Shown here piece by piece: positions 8,648-23,600 of a DNA stretch of 64,000 nucleotides. This DNA comes from Auanema rhodensis (taxonomy: Eukaryota > Animalia > Nematoda), in the NCBI GenBank assembly GCA_964057225.1, contig OZ059895.1, forward strand, positions 1,426,001 to 1,490,000, given 5' to 3'. The notes below the pieces were generated by a model. It was not told the DNA's origin. It made no database searches and saw nothing but the letters and a program-made list of their open reading frames with translations. The first letter of the stretch is position 1; every line of letters begins with the position of its first letter. The position numbers were made by a program, and so were the translations under genes.

Positions 8648-11600
8648 TAACATTGTCCATCCTCTTTGCCTTGAAAAAAAGAATCTAAAAACATCTACTT
8701 TTTGCTAAATTATTTTGAAATTTTTCGAAAAAATTTTTGTCAAAATGTTTTTGGAAGCAATGTTGAGTGTACATGGAAACTCAACATACACTAATGCATC
8801 ATTTTTCAAACGATCATAATTAATTTTTGTATTAAGCGTTTCTCAATGTAGTATAGTGCATTCGATGCGGAATTTTAAGCTGCGTCGTTCTGTGTTATCA
8901 GATTTGCGCTAGCTTAAAAATGCACCGAGATATCAACTGATATAAGTTCACACATATATCCTCGATTTTCACCCTGAAGAATTAATTTTTTCGTTGAATA
9001 ACATTGTCCATCGTCTTTGCCTTGAAAAAAGGAATCTAAAAACATCTACTTTTTGCTAAATTATTTTGAAATTTTTCGAAAAAATTTTTGTCAAAATGTT
9101 TTTGGAAGCAATGTTGAGTGTACATGGAAACTCAACATACACTAATGCATCATTTTTCAAACGATCATAATTAATTTTTGTATTAAGCGTTTCTCAATGT
9201 AGTATAGTGCATTCGATGCGGATTTTTAAGCTGCGTCGATCTGTGTTATCAGATTTGCGCTAGCTTAAAAATGCACCGAGATATCAACTGATATAAGTTC
9301 ACACTTATATCCTCGATTTTCACCCTGAAGAATTAATTTTTTCGTTGAATAACATTGTCCATCGTCTTTGCCTTGAAAAAAGGAATCTAAAAACATCTAC
9401 TTTCTGCTAAATTATTTTGAAATTTTTCGAAAAAATTTTTGTCAAAATGTTTTTGGAAGCAATGTTGAGTGTACATGGAAACTCAACATACACTAATGCA
9501 TCATTTTTCAAACGATCATAACTAATTTTTGTATTAAGCGTTTCTCAATGTAGTATAGTGCATTCGATGCGGATTTTTAAGCTGCGTCGATCTGTGTTAT
9601 CAGATTTGCGTTAGCTTAAAAATGCACCGAGATATCAACTGATATAAGTTCACACTTATATCCTCGATTTTCACCCTGAAGAATTAATTTTTTCGTTGAA
9701 TAACATTGTCCATCGTCTTTGCCTTGAAAAAAGGAATCTAAAAACATCTACTTTTTGCTAAATTATTTTGAAATTTTTTGAAAAAATTTTTGTCAAAATG
9801 TTTTTGGAAGCAATGTTGAGTGTACATGGAAACTCAACATACACTCATGCATCATTTTTCAAACGATCATAACTAATTTTTGTATTAAGCGTTTCTCAAT
9901 GTAGTATAGTGCATTCGATGCGGATTTTTAAGCTGCGTCGATCTGTGTTATCAGATTTGCGCTAGCTTAAAAATGCACCGAGATATCAACTGATATAAGT
10001 TCTTACTTATATCCTCGATTTTCACCCTGAAGAATTAATTTTTTCGTTGAATAACATTGTCCATCGTCTTTGCCTTGAAAAAAAGGAATCTAAAAACATC
10101 TACTTTTTGCTAAATTATTTTGAAATTTTTCGAAAAAATTTTTGTCAAAATGTTTTTGGAAGCAATGTTGAGTGTACATGGAAACTCAACATACACTAAT
10201 GCATCATTTTTCAAACGATCATAATTAATTTTTGTATTAAGCGTTTCTCAATGTAGTATAATGCATTCGATGCGGATTTTTAAGCTGCGTCGATCTGTGT
10301 TATCAGATTTGCGCTAGCTTAAAAATGCACCGAGATATCAACTGATATAAGTTCACACTTATATCCTCGATTTTCACCCCGAAGAATTAATTTTTTCGTT
10401 GAATAACATTGTCCATCGTCTTTGCCTTGAAAAAAAGAATCTAAAAACATCTACTTTTTGCTAAATTATTTTGAAATTTTTCGAAAAAATTTTTGTCAAA
10501 ATGTTTTTGGAAGCAATGTTGAGTGTACATGGAAACTCAACATACACTAATGCATCATTTTTCAAACGATCATAATTAATTTTTGTATTAAGCCTTTCTC
10601 AATGTAGTATAGTGCAATCGATGCGGATTTTTAAGCTGCGTCGATCTGTGTTATCAGATTTGCGCTAGCTTAAAAATGCACCGAGATATCAACTGATATA
10701 AGTTCACACTTATATCCTCGATTTTCACCCTGAAGAATTAATTTTTTCGTTGAAGAACATTGTCCATCGTCTTTGCCTTGAAAAAAAGAATCTAAAAACA
10801 TCTACTTTTTGCTAAATTATTTTGAAATTTTTCGAAAAAATTTTTGTCAAAATGTTTTTGGAAGCAATGTTGAGTGTACATGGAAACTCAACATACACTA
10901 ATGCATCATTTTTCAAACGATCATAATTAATTTTTGTATTGAGCGTTTCTCAATGTAGTATAGTGCATTCGATGCGGATTTTTAAGCTGCGTCGATCTGT
11001 GTTATCAGATTTGCGCTAGCTTAAAAATTCACCGAGATATCAACTGATATAAGTTCACACTTATATCCTCGATTTTCACCCTGAAGAATTAATTTTTTCG
11101 TTGAATAACATTGTCCATCGTCTTTGCCTTGAAAAAAGGAATCTAAAAACATCTACTTTCTGCTAAATTATCTTGAAATTTTTCGAAAAAATTTTTGTCA
11201 AAATGTTTTTGGAAGCAATGTTGAGTGTACATGGAAACTCAACATACACTAATGCATCATTTTTCAAACGATCATAATTAATTTTTGTATTAAGCGTTTC
11301 TCAATGTAGTATAGTGCATTCGATGCGAATTTTTAAGCTGCGTCGATCTGTGTTATCAGATTTGCGCTAGCTTAAAAATGCACCGAGATATCAACTGATA
11401 TAAGTTCACACTTATATCCTCGATTTTCACCCTGAAGAACTAATTTTTTCGTTGAATAACATTGTCCATCGTCTTTGCCTTGAAAAAAAGAATCTAAAAA
11501 CATCTACTTTTTGCTAAATTATTTTGAAATTTTTCGAAAAAATTTTTGTCAAAATGTTTTTGGAAGCAATGTTGAGTGTACATGGAAACTCAACATACAC

Positions 11601-14600
11601 TAATGCATCATTTTTCAAACGATCATAATTAATTTTTGTATTAAGCGTTTCTCAATGTAGTATAGTGCATTCGATGCGGAATTTTAAGCTGCGTCGTTCT
11701 GTGTTATCAGATTTGCGCTAGCTTAAAAATGCACCGAGATATCAACTGATATAAGTTCACACATATATCCTCGATTTTCACCCTGAAGAATTAATTTTTT
11801 CGTTGAATAACATTGTCCATCGTCTTTGCCTTGAAAAAAGGAATCTAAAAACATCTACTTTTTGCTAAATTATTTTGAAATTTTTCGAAAAAATTTTTGT
11901 CAAAATGTTTTTGGAAGCAATGTTGAGTGTACATGGAAACTCAACATACACTAATGCATCATTTTTCAAACGATCATAATTAATTTTTGTATTAAGCGTT
12001 TCTCAATGTAGTATAGTGCATTCGATGCGGATTTTTAAGCTGCGTCGATCTGTGTTATCAGATTTGCGCTAGCTTAAAAATGCACCGAGATATCAACTGA
12101 TATAAGTTCACACTTATATCCTCGATTTTCACCCTGAAGAATTAATTTTTTCGTTGAATAACATTGTCCATCGTCTTTGCCTTGAAAAAAGGAATCTAAA
12201 AACATCTACTTTCTGCTAAATTATTTTGAAATTTTTCGAAAAAATTTTTGTCAAAATGTTTTTGGAAGCAATGTTGAGTGTACATGGAAACTCAACATAC
12301 ACTAATGCATCATTTTTCAAACGATCATAACTAATTTTTGTATTAAGCGTTTCTCAATGTAGTATAGTGCATTCGATGCGGATTTTTAAGCTGCGTCGAT
12401 CTGTGTTATCAGATTTGCGTTAGCTTAAAAATGCACCGAGATATCAACTGATATAAGTTCACACTTATATCCTCGATTTTCACCCTGAAGAATTAATTTT
12501 TTCGTTGAATAACATTGTCCATCGTCTTTGCCTTGAAAAAAGGAATCTAAAAACATCTACTTTTTGCTAAATTATTTTGAAATTTTTTGAAAAAATTTTT
12601 GTCAAAATGTTTTTGGAAGCAATGTTGAGTGTACATGGAAACTCAACATACACTAATGCATCAGTTTTCAAACGATCATAACTAATTTTTGTATTAAGCG
12701 TTTCTCAATGTAGTATAGTGCATTCGATGCGGATTTTTAAGCTGCGTCGATCTGTGTTATCAGATTTGCGTTAGCTTAAAAATGCACCGAGATATCAACT
12801 GATATAAGTTCACACTTATATCCTCGATTTTCACCCTGAAGAATTAATTTTTTCGTTGAATAACATTGTCCATCGTCTTTGCCTTGAAAAAAGGAATCTA
12901 AAAACATCTACTTTTTGCTAAATTATTTTGAAATTTTTTGAAAAAATTTTTGTCAAAATGTTTTTGGAAGCAATGTTGAGTGTACATGGAAACTCAACAT
13001 ACACTCATGCATCATTTTTCAAACGATCATAACTAATTTTTGTATTAAGCGTTTCTCAATGTAGTATAGTGCATTCGATGCGGATTTTTAAGCTGCGTCG
13101 ATCTGTGTTATCAGATTTGCGCTAGCTTAAAAATGCACCGAGATATCAACTGATATAAGTTCACACTTATATCCTCGATTTTCACCCTGAAGAATTAATT
13201 TTTTCGTCGAATAACATTGTCCATCGTCTTTGCCTTGCAAAAAGGAATCTAAAAACATCTACTTTTTGCTAAATTATTTTGAAATTTTTCGAAAAAATTT
13301 TTGTCAAAATGTTTTTGGAAGCAATGTTGAGTGTACATGGAAACTCAACATACACTCATGCATCATTTTTCAAACGATCATAACTAATTTTTGTATTAAG
13401 CGTTTCTCAATTTAGTATAGTGCATTCGATGCGGATTTTTAAGCTGCGTCGATCTGTGTTATCAGATTTGCGCTAGCTTAAAAATGCACCGAGATATCAA
13501 CTGATATAAGTTCACACTTATATCCTCGATTTTCACCCTGAAGAATTAATTTTTTCGTTGAATAACATTGTCCATCGTCTTTGCCTTGAAAAAAGGAATC
13601 TAAAAACATCTACTTTTTGCTAAATTATTTTGAAATTTTTCGAAAAAATTTTTGTCAAAATGTTTTTGGAAGCAATGTTGAGTGTACATGGAAACTCAAC
13701 ATACACTCATGCATCATTTTTCAAACGATCATAACTAATTTTTGTATTAAGCGTTTCTCAATGTAGTATAGTGCATTCGATGCGGATTTTTAAGCTGCGT
13801 CGATCTGTGTTATCAGATTTGCGCTAGCTTAAAAATGCACCGAGATATCAACTGATATAAGTTCTTACTTATATCCTCGATTTTCACCCTGAAGAATTAA
13901 TTTTTTCGTTGAATAACATTGTCCATCGTCTTTGCCTTGAAAAAAGGAATCTAAAAACATTTACTTTTTGCTAAATTATTTTGAAATTTTTCGAAAGAAT
14001 TTTTGTCAAAATGTTTTTGGAAGCAATGTTGAGTGTACATGGAAACTCAACATACACTAATGCATCATTTTTCAAACGATCATAACTAATTTTTGTATTA
14101 AGCGTTTCTCAATGTAGTATAGTGCATTCGATGCGGATTTTTAAGCTGCGTCGATCTGTGTTATCAGATTTGCGTTAGCTTAAAAATGCACCGAGATATC
14201 AACTGATATAAGTTCACACTTATATCCTCGATTTTCACCCTGAAGAATTAATTTTTTCGTTGAATAACATTGTCCATCGTCTTTGCCTTGCAAAAAGGAA
14301 TCTAAAAACATCTACTTTTTGCTAAATTATTTTGAAATTTTTCGAAAAAATTTTTGTCAAAATGTTTTTGGAAGCAATGTTGAGTGTACATGGAAACTCA
14401 ACATACACTCATGCATCATTTTTCAAACGATCATAACTAATTTTTGTATTAAGCGTTTCTCAATTTAGTATAGTGCATTCGATGCGGATTTTTAAGCTGC
14501 GTCGATCTGTGTTATCAGATTTGCGCTAGCTTAAAAATGCACCGAGATATCAACTGATATAAGTTCACACTTATATCCTCGATTTTCACCCTGAAGAATT

Positions 14601-17600
14601 AATTTTTTCGTTGAATAACATTGTCCATCGTCTTTGCCTTGAAAAAAGGAATCTAAAAACATCTACTTTTTGCTAAATTATTTTGAAATTTTTCGAAAAA
14701 ATTTTTGTCAAAATGTTTTTGGAAGCAATGTTGAGTGTACATGGAAACTCAACATACACTCATGCATCATTTTTCAAACGATCATAACTAATTTTTGTAT
14801 TAAGCGTTTCTCAATGTAGTATAGTGCATTCGATGCGGATTTTTAAGCTGCGTCGATCTGTGTTATCAGATTTGCGCTAGCTTAAAAATGCACCGAGATA
14901 TCAACTGATATAAGTTCTTACTTATATCCTCGATTTTCACCCTGAAGAATTAATTTTTTCGTTGAATAACATTGTCCATCGTCTTTGCCTTGAAAAAAGG
15001 AATCTAAAAACATTTACTTTTTGCTAAATTATTTTGAAATTTTTCGAAAAAATTTTTGTCAAAATGTTTTTGGAAGCAATGTTGAGTGTACATGGAAACT
15101 CAACATACACTAATGCATCATTTTTCAAACGATCATAACTAATTTTTGTATTAAGCGTTTCTCAATGTAGTATAGTGCATTCGATGCGGATTTTTAAGCT
15201 GCGTCGATCTGTGTTATCAGATTTGCGTTAGCTTAAAAATGCACCGAGATATCAACTGATATAAGTTCACACTTATATCCTCGATTTTCACCCTGAAGAA
15301 TTAATTTTTTCGTTGAATAACATTGTCCATCGTCTTTGCCTTGAAAAAAGGAATCTAAAAACATTTACTTTTTGCTAAATTATTTTGAAATTTTTCGAAA
15401 AAATTTTTGTCAATATGTTTTTGGAAGAAATGTTGAGTGTACATGGAAACTCAACATACACTAATGCATCATTGTTCAAACGATCATAACTAATTTTTGT
15501 ATTATGCGTTTCTCAATGTAGTATAGTGCATTCGATGCGGATTTTCAAGCTGCGTCGATCTGTGTTATCAGATTTGCGCTAGCTTAAAAATGCACCGAGA
15601 CATCAACTGATATAAGTTCACACTTATATCCTCGATTTTCACCCTGAAGAATTAATTTTTTCGTTGAATAACATTGTCCATCGTCTTTGCCTTGAAAAAA
15701 GAAATCTAAAAACATCTACTATTTGCCAAATTATTTTGAAATTTTTCGAAAAAATTTTTGTCAAAATGTTTTTGGAAGCAATGTTGAGTGTACATGGAAA
15801 CTCAACATACACTAATGCATCATTTTTCAAACGATCATAACTAATTTTTGTATTAAGCGTTTCTCAATTTAGTATAGTGCATTCGATGCGGATTTTTAAG
15901 CTGCGTCGATCTGTATTATCAGATTTGCGCTAGCTGAAAAATGCACCGAGATATCAACTGATATAAGTTCACACTTATATCCTCGATTTTCACCCTGAAG
16001 AATTAATTTTTTCGTTGAATAACATTGTCCATCGTCTTTGCCTTGAAAAAAGAAATCTAAAAACATTTACTTTTTGCTAAATTATTTTGAAATTTTTCGA
16101 AAAAATTTTTGTCAAAATGTTTTTGGAAGAAATGTTGAGTGTACATGGAAACTCAACATACACTAATGCATCATTGTTCAAACGATCATAACTAATTTTT
16201 GTATTATGCGTTTCTCAATGTAGTATAGTGCATTCGATGCGGATTTTCAAGCTGCGTCGATCTGTGTTATCAGATTTGCGCTAGCTTAAAAATGCACCGA
16301 GATATCAACTGATATAAGTTCACACTTATATCCTCGATTTTCACCCTGAAGAATCAAATTTTTCGTTGAATAACATTGTCCATCGTCTTTGCCTTGAAAA
16401 AAGAAATCTAAAAACATCTACTATTTGCCAAATTATTTTGAAATTTTTCGAAAAAATTTTTGTCAAAATGTTTTTGGAAGCAATGTTGAGTGTACATGGA
16501 AACTCAACATACACTAATGCATCATTTTTCAAACGATCATAACTAATTTTTGTATTAAGCGTTTCTCAATTTAGTATAGTGCATTCAATGCGGATTTTTA
16601 AGCTGCGTCGATCTGTATTATCAGATTTGCGCTAGCTGAAAAATGCACCGAGATATCAACTGATATAAGTTCACACTTATATCCTCGATTTTCACCCTGA
16701 AGAATTAATTTTTTCGTTGAATAACATTGTCCATCGTCTTTGCCTTGAAAAAAGAAATCTAAAAACATCTACTATTTGCCAAATTATTTTGAAATTTTTC
16801 GAAAAAATTTTTGTCAAAATGTTTTTGGAAGCAATGTTGAGTGTACATGGAAACTCAACATACACTAATGCATCATTTTTCAAACGATCATAACTAATTT
16901 TTGTATTAAGCGTTTCTCAATGTAGTATAGTGCATTCGATGCGGATTTTTAAGCTGCGTCGATCTGTGTTATCAGATTTGCGCTAGCTTAAAAATGCACC
17001 GAGATATCAACTGATATAAGTTCACACTTATATCCTCGATTTTCACCCTGAAGAATTAATTTTTTCGTTGAATAACATTGTCCATCGTCTTTGCCTTGAA
17101 AAAAGGAATCTAAAAACATCTACTTTTTGCTAAATTATTCTGAAATTTTTCGAAAAAATTTTTGTCAAAATGTTTTTGGAAGCAATGTTGAGTGTACATG
17201 GAAACTCAACATACACTAATGCATCATTGTTCAAACGATCATAACTAATTTTTGTATTAAGCGTTTCTCAATGTAGTATAGTGCATTCGATGCGGATTTT
17301 TAAGCTGCGTCGATCTGTGTTATCAGATTTGCGCTAGCTTAAAAATGCACCGAGATATCAACTGATATAAGTTCTTACTTATATCCTCGATTTTCACCCT
17401 GAAGAATTAATTTTTTCGTTGAATAACATTGTCCATCGTCTTTGCCTTGAAAAAAGGAATCTAAAAACATTTACTTTTTGCTAAATTATTTTGAAATTTT
17501 TCGAAAAAATTTTTGTCAAAATGTTTTTGGAAGAAATGTTGAGTGTACATGGAAACTCAACATACACTAATGCATCATTGTTCAAACGATCATAACTAAT

Positions 17601-20600
17601 TTTTGTATTATGCGTTTCTCAATGTAGTATAGTGCATTCGATGCGGATTTTCAAGCTGCGTCGATCTGTGTTATCAGATTTGCGCTAGCTTAAAAATGCA
17701 CTGAGATATCAACTGATATATGTTCACACTTATATCCTCGATTTTCACCCTGAAGAATTAATTTTTTCGTTGAATAACATTGTCCATCGTCTTTGCCTTG
17801 AAAAAAGAAATCTAAAAACATCTACTATTTGCCAAATTATTTTGAAATTTTTCGAAAAAATTTTTGTCAAAATGTTTTTGGAAGCAATGTTGAGTGTACA
17901 TGGAAACTCAACATACACTAATGCATCATTTTTCAAACGATCATAACTAATTTTTGTATTAAGCGTTTCTCAATTTAGTATAGTGCATTCGATGCGGATT
18001 TTTAAGCTGCGTCGATCTGTGTTATCAGATTTGCGCTAGCTTAAAAATGCACCGAGATATCAACTGATATAAGTTCACACTTATATCCTCGATTTTCACC
18101 CTGAAGAATTAATTTTTTCGTTGAATAACATTGTCCATCGTCTTTGCCTTGAAAAAAGAAATCTAAAAACATCTACTATTTGCCAAATTATTTTGAAATT
18201 TTTCGAAAAAATTTTTGTCAAAATGTTTTTGGAAGCAATGTTGAGTGTACATGGAAACTCAACATACACTAATGCATCATTTTTCAAACAATCATAACTA
18301 ATTTTTGTATTAAGCGTTTCCCAATGTAGTATAGTGCATTCGATGCGGATTTTTAAGCTGCGTCGATCTGTATTATCAGATTTGCGCTAGCTGAAAAATG
18401 CACCGAGATATCAACTGATATAAGTTCACACTTATATCCTCGATTTTCACCCTGAAGAATTAATTTTTTCGTTGAATAACATTGTCCATCGTCTTTGCCT
18501 TGAAAAAAGAAATCTAAAAACATCTACTATTTGCCAAATTATTTTGAAATTTTTCGAAAAAATTTTTGTCAAAATGTTTTTGGAAGCAATGTTGAGTGTA
18601 CATGGAAACTCAACATACACTAATGCATCATTTTTCAAACGATCATAACTAATTTTTGTATTAAGCGTTTCTCAATGTAGTATAGTGCATTCGATGCGGA
18701 TTTTTAAGCTGCGTCGATCTGTGTTATCAGATTTGCGCTAGCTTAAAAATGCACCGAGATATCAACTGATATAAGTTCACACTTATATCCTCGATTTTCA
18801 CCCTGAAGAATTAATTTTTTCGTTGAATAACATTGTCCATCGTCTTTGCCTTGAAAAAAGGAATCTAAAAACATCTACTTTTTGCTAAATTATTTTGAAA
18901 TTTTTCGAAAAAATTTTTGTCAAAATGTTTTTGGAAGCAATGTTGAGTGTACATGGAAACTCAACATACACTCATGCATCATTTTTCAAACGATCATAAC
19001 TAATTTTTGTATTAAGCGTTTCTCAATGTAGTATAGTGCATTCGATGCGGATTTTTAAGCTGCGTCGATCTGTGTTATCAGATTTGCGCTAGCTTAAAAA
19101 TGCACCGAGATATCAACTGATATAAGTTCTTACTTATATCCTCGATTTTCACCCTGAAGAATTAATTTTTTCGTTGAATAACATTGTCCATCGTCTTTGC
19201 CTTGAAAAAAGGAATCTAAAAACATTTACTTTTTGCTAAATTATTTTGAAATTTTTCGAAAAAATTTTTGTCAAAATGTTTTTGGAAGCAATGTTGAGTG
19301 TACATGGAAACTCAACATACACTAATGCATCATTTTTCAAACGATCATAACTAATTTTTGTATTAAGCGTTTCTCAATGTAGTATAGTGCATTCGATGCG
19401 GATTTTTAAGCTGCGTCGATCTGTGTTATCAGATTTGCGTTAGCTTAAAAATGCACCGAGATATCAACTGATATAAGTTCTTACTTATATCCTCGATTTT
19501 CACCCTGAAGAATTAATTTTTTCGTTGAATAACAATGTCCATCGTCTTTGCCTTGAAAAAAGGAATCTAAAAACATTTACTTTTTGCTAAATTATTTTGA
19601 AATTTTTCGAAAAAATTTTTGTCAAAATGTTTTTGGAAGAAATGTTGAGTGTACATGGAAACTCAACATACACTAATGCATCATTGTTCAAACGATCATA
19701 ACTAATTTTTGTATTATGCGTTTCTCAATGTAGTATAGTGCATTCGATGCGGATTTTCAAGCTGCGTCGATCTGTGTTATCAGATTTGCGCTAGCTTAAA
19801 AATGCACCGAGATATCAACTGATATAAGTTCACACTTATATCCTCGATTTTCACCCTGAAGAATTAATTTTTTCGTTGAATAACATTGTCCATTGTCTTT
19901 GCCTTGAAAAAAAAAATCTAAAAACATCTACTATTTGCCAAATTATTTTGAAATTTTTCGAAAAAATTTTTGTCAAAATGTTTTTGGAAGCAATGTTGAG
20001 TGTACATGGAAACTCAACATACACTAATGCATCATTTTTCAAACAATCATAACTAATTTTTGTATTAAGCGTTTCTCAATGTAGTATAGTGCATTCGATG
20101 CGGATTTTTAAGCTGCGTCGATTTGTATTATCAGATTTGCGCTAGCTGAAAAATGCACCGAGATATCAACTGATATAAGTTCACACTTATATCCTCGATT
20201 TTCACCCTGAAGAATTAATTTTTTCGTTGAATAACATTGTCCATCGTCTTTGCCTTGAAAAAAGAAATCTAAAAACATCTACTATTTGCCAAATTATTTT
20301 GAAATTTTTCGAAAAAATTTTTGTCAAAATGTTTTTGGAAGCAATGTTGAGTGTACATGGAAACTCAACATACACTAATGCATCATTTTTCAAACAATCA
20401 TAACTAATTTTTGTATTAAGCGTTTCTCAATGTAGTATAGTGCATTCGATGCGGATTTTTAAGCTGCGTCGATCTGTGTTATCAGATTTGCGCTAGCTTA
20501 AAAATGCACCGAGATATCAACTGATATAAGTTCACACTTATATCCTCGATTTTCACCCTGAAGAATTAATTTTTTCGTTGAATAACATTGTCCATCGTCT

Positions 20601-23600
20601 TTGCCTTGAAAAAAGAAATCTAAAAACATCTACTATTTGCTAAATTATTTTGAAATTTTTCGAAAAAATTTTTGTCAAAATGTTTTTGGAAGCAATGTTG
20701 AGTGTACATGGAAACTCAACATACACTAATGCATCATTTTTCAAACGATCATAACTAATTTTTGTATTAAGCGTTTCTCAATTTAGTATAGTGCATTCGA
20801 TGCGGATTTTTAAGCTGCGTCGATCTGTGTTATCAGATTTGCGCTAGCTTAAAAATGCACCGAGATATCAACTGATCTAAGTTCACACTTATATCCTCGA
20901 TTTTCACCCTGAAGAATTAATTTTTTCGTTGAATAACATTGTCCATCGTCTTTGCCTTGAAAAAAGAAATCTAAAAACATCTACTATTTGCCAAATTATT
21001 TTGAAATTTTTCGAAAAAATTTTTGTCAAAATGTTTTTGGAAGCAATGTTGAGTGTACATGGAAACTCAACATACACTAATGCATCATTTTTCAAACAAT
21101 CATAACTAATTTTTGTATTAAGCGTTTCTCAATGTAGTATAGTGCATTCGATGCGGATTTTTAAGCTGCGTCGATCTGTATTATCAGATTTGCGCTAGCT
21201 GAAAAATGCACCGAGATATCAACTGATATAAGTTCACACTTATATCCTCGATTTTCACCCTGAAGAATTAATTTTTTCGTTGAATAACATTGTCCATCGT
21301 CTTTGCCTTGAAAAAAGAAATCTAAAAACATCTACTATTTGCCAAATTATTTTGAAATTATTCGAAAAAATTTTTGTCAAAATGTTTTTGGAAGCAATGT
21401 TGAGTGTACATGGAAACTCAACATACACTAATGCATCATTTTTCAAACAATCATAACTAATTTTTGTATTAAGCGTTTCTCAATGTAGTATAGTGCATTC
21501 GATGCGGATTTTTAAGCTGCGTCGATCTGTATTATCAGATTTGCGCTAGCTGAAAAATGCACCGAGATATCAACTGATATAAGTTCTTACTTATATCCTC
21601 GATTTTCACCCTGAAGAATTAATTTTTTCGTTGAATAACATTGTCCATCGTCTTTGCCTTGAAAAAAGGAATCTAAAAACATTTACTTTTTGCTAAATTA
21701 TTTTGAAATTTTTCGAAAAAATTTTTGTCAAAATGTTTTTGGAAGCAATGTTGAGTGTACATGGAAACTCAACATACACTAATGCATCATTTTTCAAACG
21801 ATCATAACTAATTTTTGTATTAAGCGTTTCTCAATGTAGTATAGTGCATTCGATGCGGATTTTTAAGCTGCGTCGATCTGTGTTATCAGATTTGCGTTAG
21901 CTTAAAAATGCACCGAGATATCAACTGATATAAGTTCACACTTATATCCTCGATTTTCACCCTGAAGAATTAATTTTTTCGTTGAATAACATTGTCCATC
22001 GTCTTTGCCTTGAAAAAAGGAATCTAAAAACATTTACTTTTTGCTAAATTATTTTGAAATTTTTCGAAAAAATTTTTGTCAAAATGTTTTTGGAAGCAAT
22101 GTTGAGTGTACATGGAAACTCAACATACACTAATGCATCATTTTTCAAACGATCATAACTAATTTTTGTATTAAGCGTTTCTCAATGTAGTATAGTGCAT
22201 TCGATGCGGATTTTTAAGCTGCGTCGATCTGTGTTATCAGATTTGCGTTAGCTTAAAAATGCACCGAGATATCAACTGATATAAGTTCACACTTATATCC
22301 TCGATTTTCACCCTGAAGAATTAATTTTTTCGTTGAATAACATTGTCCATCGTCTTTGCCTTGAAAAAAGGAATCTAAAAACATCTACTTTTTGCTAAAT
22401 TATTTTGAAATTTTTCGAAAAAATTTTTGTCAAAATGTTTTTGGAAGCAATGTTGAGTGTACATGGAAACTCAACATACACTCATGCATCATTTTTCAAA
22501 CGATCATAACTAATTTTTGTATTAAGCGTTTCTCAATGTAGTATAGTGCATTCGATGCGGATTTTTCAGCTGCGTCGATCTGTGTTATCAGATTTGCGCT
22601 AGCTTAAAAATGCACCGAGATATCAACTGATATAAGTTCTTACATATATCCTCGATTTTCACCCTGAAGAATTAATTTTTTCGTTGAATAACATTGTCCA
22701 TCGTCTTTGCCTTGAAAAAAGGAATCTAAAAACATTTACTTTTTGCTAAATTATTTTGAAATTTTTCGAAAAAATTTTTGTCAAAATGTTTTTGGAAGAA
22801 ATGTTGAGTGTACATGGGAACTCAACATACACTAATGCATCATTGTTCAAACGATCATAACTAATTTTTGTATTATGCGTTTCTCAATGTAGTATAGTGC
22901 ATTCGATGCGGATTTTCAAGCTGCGTCGATCTGTGTTATCAGATTTGCGCTAGCTTAAAAATGCACCGAGATATCAACTGATATAAGTTCACACTTATAT
23001 CCTCGATTTTCACCCTGAAGAATTAATTTTTTCGTTGAATAACATTGTCCATCGTCTTTGCCTTGAAAAAAGAAATCTAAAAACATCTACTATTTGCCAA
23101 ATTATTTTGAAATTTTTCGAAAAAATTTTTGTCAAAATGTTTTTGGAAGCAATGTTGAGTGTACATGGAAACTCAACATACACTAATGCATCATTTTTTA
23201 AACAATCATAACTAATTTTTGTATTAAGCGTTTCTCAATTTAGTATAGTGCATTCGATGCGGATTTTTAAGCTGCGTCGATCTGTGTTATCAGATTTGCG
23301 CTAGCTTAAAAATGCACCGAGATATCAACTGATATAAGTTCACACTTATATCCTCGATTTTCACCCTGAAGAATTAATTTTTTCGTTGAATAACATTGTC
23401 CATCGTCTTTGCCTTGAAAAAAGAAATCTAAAAACATCTACTATTTGCCAAATTATTTTGAAATTTTTCGAAAAAATTTTTGTCAAAATGTTTTTGGAAG
23501 CAATGTTGAGTGTACATGGAAACTCAACATACACTAATGCATCATTTTTTAAACAATCATAACTAATTTTTGTATTAAGCGTTTCTCAATGTAGTATAGT

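Noticed and set aside
1081-15550. Compensatory pair in hairpin (a): AGCTTGAAAAT and ATTTTCAAGCT
   Set aside because: The two variants would restore pairing but were seen in different monomers (e.g. ~1090 vs ~15546). Several other variants break stems, so selection on structure is not shown.
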